Shown piece after piece: positions 53,856 through 64,000 of a stretch of DNA of 64,000 bases (its first letter is position 1; each line of letters opens with the position of its first letter). The translations under genes were made by a program, and so were the position numbers. This DNA comes from Cycas panzhihuaensis. Lineage: Eukaryota; Plantae; Cycadophyta. A model generated the notes under the pieces. It was not told where the DNA came from and searched no databases. It saw only the letters and a program-made list of their open reading frames with translations. Location: NCBI GenBank assembly GCA_023213395.1, contig CM041465.1:192455741-192519740 (forward strand), given 5' to 3'.

Positions 53856-54236
53856 CTTAAGCGCATGGGAGGCATTGTTAAGATCAATTTCCAACTGCGT
53901 CATACTTGAGGCCCCGCTGCGTTGAATGACAGCGGTCAATGCCATTATGGCAGCCACTGCTTCGGCAAGATCAGGTTTCTTACGCCAGTAATTAAACTCA
54001 TCGATAACACTAAATGCCTTCACACTGCCATCGCATGGCGGGCTTCTGGTTTCGGCGCCTGGGTCACCGGCAGCCTCGGCCTGTGCAAGCCAATCCCATG
54101 TGACCGTCGCGGTTTGGCGACCTGCAGGACCCTCGTCGCACGCACAAGGATTATAACGAGAAGCATTCCCGCTGGGTTCGTCTCTGTTCAGACTCGGATG
54201 GTTGTCCACCACAAACGATGCTGACTTCCCCCACAT
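53856..54236 (-). CDS. EIF2B1: Translation initiation factor eIF2B subunit alpha, first coding exon (127 aa); remaining exons not found in the window
   Basis: MWGKSASF, DWLAQAEAA and AFSVIDEFNYWRKKPDLAEAVAAIMALTAVIQRS...LEIDLNNASHALK match the plant eIF2B alpha N-terminus as I recall it. Similarity ends at a phase-0 donor AAG|GTAAT (53856/53855). CpG-rich with no stops. Confidence 0.88.
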
Positions 54237-55894
54237 TTAGTGTGGAGTCCTGCTTACTGCGATTCTATTTCTCCCACCTACGGACCGAACCTGAGCTCCT
54301 GAACTAACAGTCGCTATTGTAGCTTATATGGTTCTAAATTTTTTTGTATGTTCTTTTAAAGGTTGGTGGAAATATGAAACGATACGACTCTACATCACCA
54401 CCACCCAACCATGGTGCATGGATTACTACTTTCATAACTTCCTTTTCTTTATGGTTTCCTAGGGAAATGGACCACGAGTTTGTTGTGGCAATGTGAATAT
54501 GCAACACCATTTTAGAACATTACATGCACGTGCATGATGCTCAAGTAGAAAATGGCTATATTCTTCTTCTGCTTCTTGTTTAAAAATTAATTATTTAAAA
54601 ATAGTGTAAACATATAAAATTTGAGAGATATTAGTATAAGGAGTTTAGAAGTTGTAAGAAACACTAAATGGCAAGCATGATCCATATAAAACCATAAAGC
54701 AAAGCAAGTACTATGTGAAAAAATGGAAGAAACAAACACATAAGCATGTAAGAAGCACATAGGAATAAACCTACTAACATAAACAATATTTAATGTCTCA
54801 TAAAATTTTAACATTTGTAAGAGATGGGAAGAATGATTATTCCTCGATAATGAGACCATATCTTAGAGGCATGAATTATGTGAGGAAGTGGCAATTGTAG
54901 AGAACATGTGATTATTGTTATAATAAACCAAATGCTTACATTAAGAAGTAAGGAATTTAAAATGACGACTATCAATTTAAAAGCATGCTAGAATCCTAGG
55001 CATTAATACAAATAACAACTATTCACATCAAAAATTTTGGGTTACTGGTGAATATTATTCCTTGAATAGTATACAAGATGATGAGATAACCAAACGTGAA
55101 CAATTTAACCTTATTATACGTGGGAGATCAAAGACAATTTAAACCACTTAATGTATCAACAAACATAGTGATTACTCTCGATTGGAACTTCCAAACTCTA
55201 ATTACTTAAGCAAAGGCCTACTAGGTAGGTCTAGATAAAGGCCATGAGAAACTCATGCACCTTTGAGAAGAATAAGTTAATGTTCAAGAAACGAAGATAT
55301 AAAATCTACATCTCACTAACATCTTGTTATGATAATATAATTAAAGGAGAAATGCCATTAATGATTTTACATTACTAATTATTATAAACAATGATATAAA
55401 TGATTTAATTGCAATATATTATCATAGGTGATTAATGCCTTAATCCTATAGTGGATGGTATTTTGCACCTTCACTAAACATCTTCATATGGGGAGAATAT
55501 AAATGAAGAGATATTATAATGAGGATGTGTTGTATAAACTCTGGTGTATAACAAGGAACTACTATGGTGGTTAAGATATACTTGACCTACTTTTAAAAAA
55601 AAGGTGCAACATAGCATCCATTTAGGGTTACACAGTAATTCCATAGATAAATAAAAGAAGAAATACTTGAGTATTACCAAATATTAAAAGTTGGAAGCAA
55701 TACAATAATAATAAAGACACCAAATTATATCAAAAGAATGAGTACTAAAATGATAGCAAAAATATGTCATTACATAAAAATTGAATTAATAACAAATATG
55801 ATAACTTCTAACATAATGAAATAGTATCGAATAATGTGATATATCTCTTTTAATAAGACATCCATAAAATAGTAGAATATCTAAAATGACTATT

Positions 55895-57590
55895 TGTAAG
55901 AAAATTCACCAAGATCAAAAATACAAACACACCAAATTTATCAAGTAGAATTGGTCTACCTTCAAACCTTTTCATTTATTCAAAATGATTGATGATAAGA
56001 TGTTATACAAATGTGTATAATTTGGGATCAATAATAGTCCATAAATGACCTATAACAACCTTAGCACTTGTCACCACATTTGGTGATAACCTATAACTCA
56101 CAAATTATTTTGAAGACTCACTGTTAACCACTAAGACTTGTAACTTAATAATGTAAACATTAATTTTAACACTCTCTCTTAATGTTTACATCATTGGCTT
56201 TGACATTAATATAAAATTTAAACTTGTCAAATTTGACTTTAGCTAAGGGTTTAGTGAAGATATTTATCAATTGCTCTTCAAGAGGCTTATACAAAAGTTT
56301 AATCTCTCCATTTTAGATCTATTCTTAAATGAAATAATAATACATCTCAATGTATCTAGTGTGAGCATGGAACACTAAATTCTTAAAAATCTTTAAGATA
56401 CTCGATTGCCACAATATAAAGTAGTTGTCTCATTCTAATGAACTCCCAAATCACCAAGGACCTTTCTCAACTAAATACCCTTATAAGTTATTGCAATTGT
56501 AGCTTTATACTCTAGTTTAGTAGCGACAATGAATTAGGCTACTTTTGCTAACTCTAAATAATAACAACAAAACATAAAGCGAACCAATACTCTAAAGTGG
56601 ACCTTACATTATTAGTACATCTAGCCCAATCAAAATCTAAATACCATTCTAGCCTAAAATTATAGGCTAAACTTTAATCCATGGTGTAGAGTTCTCTACA
56701 AATATTTAATGATCCTCTTTGTAGCTTCCTAATAACTACACTTTAGCTTTGTCATGAATCTTAATAGCATATTAACTATAAAAGATATATCAAACCTAGT
56801 TATAGTCAAATAAATCAAGCTACCAATTAATTGCCTATATATATGCCATCTATCCGGTCTCCACCATTTATAGTTGTCAATTTTGAATATGTGTCCAGGA
56901 GGGATTGGAGCAAGTTTATAGTCTTATTCTAAATTTCTTCCAAATCATCTACGCATACTTAGCTTGTAAAATCATGATTTTCTAGGCTTCTACCAAGCTT
57001 CTACTTCTAAAAAGTAGTCGAGTAGTCTAAGATCTATTATCTCAAAATTTCTCTTGAGATCATTCTTCAAGTTTTCAATCTTTGAAGTATTATCACCAAT
57101 TATTGTAAGATCATCCATATACAAAGCTGTAAAAATAACTAAATATTCACCTTCAACTTTGATATACAAGCTTAGATTAATTGTTAATCTCCCAAACTTA
57201 TTATTCAAAAATATTGATCAATATTAGAATACTAGGCTTTTAGAGCTTACTTTAAGACATATAAAATTTTCTTCAAGTGGCACATGAGATTTTTTCGGCC
57301 TTTTCCTATATATCTAAGTGGTTGCTCTAAATAGACTTTCTCCATAAGATCTCCATTCAAGAATGCACTATTAACATCAAGCTAGTGTAACTACCATTTG
57401 AATTAAGTAGTTATTACTAATATCGGTTTAATTATCATTATCTTTGCTACTAAAGAAAATGTCTCCTCATAGTTAATGTCTTTTGTTTACTTAAAACCCT
57501 TCATTATAAATCTAGTTGTGTATTTATCACTTGATTCATCTAATCTAAATTTGGTCTTATAGACCCATTTACATTTAATTACAAGTGTTT
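55895..57590 (-). mobile_element. Copia 3' fragment (RT, RNase H, PPT, 3' LTR about 55895-56171)
   Basis: LYMDDLTI, LDVNSAFLNGDL, HAHTRYIEM and IFTKPLAK on the minus strand; PPT complement CTCTCTCTT after 56171. Confidence 0.85.
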
Positions 57591-57599
57591 CAATCAACA

Positions 57600-60500
57600 A
57601 CGTCTTCTTTTGACATCAACAAATGCTCTTGCTTTATCTTATTTATTGTTGGGACTTATTTTTATGAATGTATTATGAGTTAATAGATTGCTTGGCATGA
57701 AGATAAGATGATTGCATTCTCATTATACTTATGCTTAATTATTACTACCTATGATGCAAAGATCACAAAAGTTCTTACTAAAATGGCATACTCCAACTTC
57801 CTCCAAAGTTGAGTTCCATCTCCATGTTGCACTATTTTATCATCCCTTGTTTGATATTTCTTCATCCAATAGTCATTGTTAATCCTCAAATTCCTAGCTT
57901 CACTCTATTTTACTCTTTTGATAACCTTATAGTTCACTTTTTAGCAATTATTACCCTTGTTCTTTTTCTTTTTTTTAAGGAATTATTAGTTTGCCATCAC
58001 TTTTTGGTTTGTCATATTTTACACTATAGGTCACATTTGTGGTCCTACCTAAAAATACAACTTACTTAATAAATACTATCTTTGAGTTAGTCATATTTTT
58101 AGTACTTTTATATGTCGATTTTTCACTATAGCTTACAATTTTTTAGTATAGATCATTTTTTCACATTTCTATATGAAAAGAATAATAATAGCAAGTCATT
58201 TTTCCCATCATATGGATATTAGTTTGCAGGAAACTACAGCTCCATCTTCCCCTAATTTTCTCACTTCTTCCTCCTATTCTTTATCCTATAAATCTAGGTC
58301 ATCTTCTTAAGAAAGTAAGAGAGAACTTTGTGCAATGGGGTGTTGTTAAATTTTCACCCCAACCTTTGTGATTTCTATCAACCCGACTTGGTATGATTTT
58401 AGAGTTTAAAGAGCTAACATGGTGGTAAGATTTACAAAGTCGAAAACTACACCTCTCTAACTTTAGCTTATTTCTCTTCTTATTCCCTTCTCCTCCTCAT
58501 ATTCCTTCTTCACTCTCTCAAGTATACTTTTCTCCTTCTTAAGGGTCTTTATTTCTCTTGTTAAAATGTATGGTTGTTTGCTCTTATGGTAATGAGTATG
58601 TTGGCTTGTAAGGTGGATATCTAGAGGTGTTGAGATAAATCCTCCTAATTTTTCCTTGGTTTCTTTTTCTAGTGTGATTTTATTTTTAAATTCAAGTTTA
58701 GTTTTCCTTTCTTTTCCCTTTATAAGATAAAGGAATGATACTCTCAAGATTGGAGACCTTCCCTCTCAAATTAGGAAAGCTCACTAAGAAAGCCCTCGTG
58801 CTCATGAGCTTATTAGTAAAAGAGGAGTCTCTCTTGTAGAGTGAGACCCGAGGAGGTCTTGGACTCTTTTCCATAGAGTTTTGAGCCTCTTTATTCCCTC
58901 ACCCTTGCTTAATTCTTATTGCCTTTATAGACATTAAAAAAGAGAAAAAATAAAGATGTAGTGTAACCGGTGGGTGCATTTTTATCTTTTGTTTGGGCTA
59001 TTAGCACTAGACACATTTGGTACTTGCTTTTATTTGCTTAAAATAATAATCAATATCCTTCTATGTATATTGGTGAATTATGACAATAAGTAAACCTCTT
59101 TCAATTACACCTTCACATTGAAAAGAATATGAGGCAACCCATTCTTTAGTTATTATTTTCTTTCTTCTTCTTCTTTTGGCTCAAAAAAAAATTTGAAAGA
59201 AACAAGTAAGAGTCTCTTTAATAGTCCCATTGTTTAGCTTCAAGGCTTTGAACGGATTTCTCTTTTAAGTAGCAGAGATAAATGTAAGAGCATTTTAAAG
59301 AACCGATTATTTTTTTTTTAGATGTATGTTGGGCATAGGTGAATATCATTTTAAACAACAAAAAGAAAGAAAGAAAAAAAGTAAAGGGTATATATGCATA
59401 GGTACATTAGATGAAGTCATATTAGCCTAAGTTAATTTTCTTTTAGTATTTGATCCGATTGATCATTTCTTGTCATTTGCATTCAAAAGAAAATTATATC
59501 CTAAATCTACATTTAGGGATTGATTTATCTTGTGTGATCCCCTAAGTTAGGTCTTGTCCCTTTATTTAGGACTTGCTTGATCACTCAAGACTTAATATCC
59601 CTAGTATACAAGCTCGTCCTCTCTTAGGGGTAAATACCTCCTATTGCTAAAGGACTTTTGATCAACTAGGACTTGGTACCCTTGACATATAAACCTCATC
59701 TTCATCAAGATTAATTTTTCTATCATGTTCTACATAGTAGAGGTGTTGACTTGCAATCACACTTCAGGTTGAGAGTAACCCTGTCTTCTCCCCTACATTC
59801 ACCTTTAAGTGCAAGAACTCGTTAAAATTAGATGTGGACATCCTTAAACTATCCATCCTCATAGGTGGATCATCATCAAGTGAGAGAGTCCCTAATGATT
59901 GACCCCATAGGGTCATTAGTCTAACGTCTAAGCTCTCACGGGTCCTTGCACTTATCAATCCTCTTGTCGTTAGCTACATCATCATAGATTATTTTCCTTT
60001 TAAGTGGGATAATGGTCTAAGTTAGGGCATCATCTTTAGAGAGAGATTATAGGTAGATGAAAAGGAAAGCTTAGGACATTTATTAGGTATGGACTCCCAT
60101 GATCCTTCCATATATCAGAAGTTTATTTGTTATGTTCCCTAAGCTAAAGGAGGTCTTATTTGTGTTGTTTGCTTGATTTGGATTATCATATTCATTGCTT
60201 GATTTAAGTTTGTTATGTAAATAGTAGAATAAATAAATACTACTTTGATCTTTCCACTTACTAGATACATGATTATAGAGTCATCCCTTCTCCTTGAGGG
60301 AAGGGTCGAGGATCCACTCAAATCATTTCACCTTTACCCCCTCTCCTTTATAAGAATCATTCACCCAAGGTCTCATTGGTGACTTGCCTCGAGATTTGAT
60401 ATCACTTTAGTGACCATTTTGGTGAGCTTACCTAAGCTTCTTATTTAAATGATTACTCCCTCTTATCATTAGAGCCTTTCTTAAGTTGTACCTACATGTA

Positions 60501-63500
60501 TTCTTGCTCATTTACCTTTCTTTTTCCATCCACACAAAACCACCTTCATCTATCACACCTTACTTTTCCATTTATATGAGGATTATTCACTTGCTTTCTT
60601 TATGTCTCACTTTCTTTATGGATCCCTTTTGTACCTACCCTAAGTTATCTAGGAGAATTTTAGGCCTTCCCATTAAAATGCCCATCCTCATCTTCTTGAG
60701 CTACTACTCTCACACTTCTTGAGGGTTACAAGATTTCAATTCGACCTCAATACTCCAACTATATGTCTAGACATTACCAATCTGTTTAAGTATAAGAAAA
60801 ATCCACTCTTATACAAGGTCCCTATGAGATAAGTGTTTAACTCATTTAAGAATGCATCTTTAAAATGAACTCATATGGCTTTATACAACCATTTTGTGGA
60901 TCACAAGAGGCCCAACCATTATAATGAGGGATATGGGGCATTCATGACACACCCTCCTCCCATGACAACACATCCCTTTGAGCAAGCTATAGGTGTTATT
61001 GCCTTAACTTATGTTTACTCATATACCATTGCCCATGAGGGAGGGGACCATATGGATTCTTTTTATCCCTCCTCATCAAGCATCCACCCCAATAATTATG
61101 CTTTATGTCCTCAAGCTATATCTTCCATAGTTCAATAATTTACTCCTCTACTTGAAACTTCTTAATTAGGTCCCATGGGGGACCTATTCTCCCTACTTAT
61201 GATATTAAGCCTAGTGTTTTTTTCTCTCATTGGCCTACTTATTCTTTATTACTTAGAGGGTTCATCCATCATTAGAGGTGCCCATCCTTCATAAGGTAAC
61301 CCCTTCACATAAGTCATCTAAACATAGGAAACTCCTACTTATTTTCCTAGCCCTCAACTGCCTTCACATGTCTTCCCCATATCATTACTCCATCCAAGAC
61401 TAGTTAAGCCCATATAACCTTCTTACATGTTGAGTACAGGCTAACAAGCCCTACAGTTATGTGCCATGTATCCTTGCCATGATCCCACTGCTTCTTATAG
61501 CCAAACATCTATATTCAATCAATAGGATTGCATAGGTTAACCTTCTCGCCATGGACTGTATGTTTGCCACACATCTTAATATCTAAAGGGCCTTATCTAT
61601 AGGGGGTATCTGCTCCCTACATTCCCATTGGACCCTCCTTTAGACTTATAGGACCTCCTCCTCATCCCTTATATCTTATAGACCTCACTTATGCTATAAC
61701 ACCTAGATATCCTCACCCTTCCTAAATTGTTCTTTAACTATCCTCATCCTTAAGGGCTAGATGGTCATATGTAGATTACAAAAGAAACCTCTACCCACAT
61801 GAGATCCTTCTTTATTCACTACTTCCCTTCATACTTAGACCACCTAAGTTTGCAGATGAGTTAACCCAAGACCTAATAGCACATGTACAAGCCTTTACAC
61901 TTGCATGAGCTAACTACTTACCTTATGATTATGTGATGATGTTACTCTTTCCCAAGACCTTTTAAGGTGACACTCTAAAGTGGTTTTATCAATTGAAGCC
62001 ATCATCCATCTACTCCTTCTAGTAATTGGTTAGCACTTTCATTAGCTACTTTGATGTCCTTTTGAAATTAGGACCAAAGCCTTACTCTTCATCAAATAGG
62101 AAGTTGTAGAGTCTTCCTATGACTTTGTTTGTCACTTTTAAGACTTGGTCCATGCTTCTTCTCTTTGGATGATGACCTACTTTGTGACTTGTTCATTAGT
62201 GCCTTGAGACCCCTAGTCCACCTAGAGCTTTTTAAGTTTAGGCCCACTTTTTATGAGGATGTGATTGAGAAATGTTTAGCTTTTCGGTGTATTTGAAATC
62301 TTATTAAGGATCAAAAGTTGATGAAACTCTCTATCTCTAAGGATAAATCGGTCTATCTTGAAACCTAAATCTTTTAAGGTGATTGTATCTATGATAATCT
62401 TACCTCTGCTATTCAAGCCCTTAAAAGGTTAATCAACACTAAGTTGCATATTAACTCTTCCCTTGCTACCAAAGTTAAGAAGGAAACAAGAGTTGTCCAA
62501 TTTGTAGAGTCAAAGAAAGGCCAAACCCCTACCCTCCTCCTCCTAAGAAAATGTCATGGTGCTCTTACCACCAAATTGATATATGTGAATGGAAAGATTA
62601 TAACAAGTTTAAGGCCATGTTTCACTATGGTCAAATCGATGATAAGCTTACATTTCGATCGAATCATGATTATTTGAGCCATAAAGACCCACTACTCAAC
62701 CATACTAAGAAAGGTCTTAAAGATAAGGGAAATGCCAAATCTAGAGATATTAGGGATGACTCTGATTCAGATACTCATTCCTTGAGTAAAAAGGCCTTCT
62801 CCACCTAAATGGGACCCTAAGAAGGATAATGCTCAAACTAAACCTCAACCAAGAGAGGGAGAATCTAAAAAGACCATTAACATGGTGGAAGCAATTAAAT
62901 CTCTTTCATCATCTAAACCTATCAATGAAGACCCTCTATCTAAAGATAAACCATAAGATGCCCTTGCATAGTTACTAGTTAAACCCATGATTTTAGGTCT
63001 AGCCCACAATATACCAAAGAGGATTCTTTTCCTCTTGTTAAGGAATTAGAGACGATTTACACTGGAATCTCAATCATGGACCTTCTCAAGAGCTACCCTA
63101 ATCAAAGACAACTCCTCCTTGATATTCTTGGGGTGTGTGAGGCCTAATTCACTTGGCAAACCTAATTTAGTCTTCGGTCCCACAACATTGCCTAGGGAAC
63201 AAGAAAGAAATCATAATGAAACAACCCCATTTTATATTGAGACCATGAAGGAAGACATTAAGATCAAAAGGTGTAATGTGCATGAGGCTTCTCTGGTCAG
63301 CGTTATACCTTTATGCCTTTAAAAAGACCTAGAGATATCAACTTGCAAGATGGTTGAATAGGTTTATTAAAGTTATGGAAAATTTAAAAAACCTTGATTG
63401 GTTAAGTTACCCTTCCACTTACTTTATCCAGTAATATTATTATGGCAGAGGACATTATTGTTGACTTTGATCTTGAATTCAACATGTTACTTGGATGATC

Positions 63501-64000
63501 ATGGATCAACCAGATATTAGCAGTCTATTCCCCACTCTTCCATGAGCTCAAATTTATTCATGAAGGTAAGCTCAAAGTTATTAAGTATAAGAACAAACCC
63601 ATCCAAAAATCTATCCCATTGGTGGATGTCATCCTTGAAGAAGGGGAACCCTCCTCCTCATTTGTTTCCTTAGGTTTTGGACAATGTTTTGATATAAAAA
63701 CTACTTCCACATGTAACTCAAGAAGAGGTAAAGCAAGTTTATATGACCACCGTTATTCCTTTCTAGGATTAATTCCCTTTTGATCATGTTAATTCTACTT
63801 TGTCTCCTAACCAAATTAAGGGATATTATTTACTCATTGGCTTCTCTAGCATGCCTATAACATAATTTTCCATTGAGTCTCAATTTATCTTTCTTTCCTA
63901 ACTTGATTGGGACCTCCCTGTCTAAATGCCCCTCTTACGGGAGATAACCACTCTTATTGATATTGTTCCCCACACTCCCATTCCTTCATTACATCGGTCT
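57600..64000 (+). mobile_element. Degenerate Ty3/Gypsy (Tat/Ogre-like): long leader, gag and protease; runs off the window
   Basis: Gag RPPKF...LLFPKTF*GDTLKWFYQLKPSSI (61830-62050), knuckle-like WCSYH (about 62555), protease region PFYI...FNMLLG*SWI (63225-63590). Left boundary approximate. Confidence 0.75.

Overview
AT-rich land-plant nuclear DNA, most of it decayed and nested retroelements. Large-genome lineages such as ferns, lycophytes or gymnosperms fit this pattern, but that is inference. The only clear host gene piece is coding exon 1 of a translation initiation factor eIF2B alpha gene (54236-53856, minus strand, open from ATG to a GT donor). I could not find its remaining exons in the 53.8 kb downstream. 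A second CpG-rich island sits at the left edge (1-240). Using LTR pairs, PBS/PPT and target-site duplications (TSDs) I resolve two nests. Nest 1: a Gypsy element (about 7049-31900) contains element D (7724-25930, TSD GCTAT). D contains Copia B (9333-25058, TSD ATTGA), and B contains mini-element A (9364-13344) and full-length Copia E (17539-22847, TSD AAAAT). Nest 2: an L1-type LINE (about 37740-52950) is interrupted by LTR elements F, H (TSD ACTAC/ACTAT) and C (TSD AAATC). Also present are a tRNA-derived SINE with a 12-bp TSD, further Copia, Gypsy and LINE remnants, and several tandem duplications. No new biological system is proven. The best leads are: a tRNA-primer (PBS) relic built into both LTRs of F; element C, whose two ends are complementary halves of one LTR; a non-autonomous mini-Copia lineage; multi-hairpin RNA islands and a tandem structured motif just upstream of gag start codons; and the orphan or giant-intron eIF2B alpha exon. 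All divergence values are hand counts.
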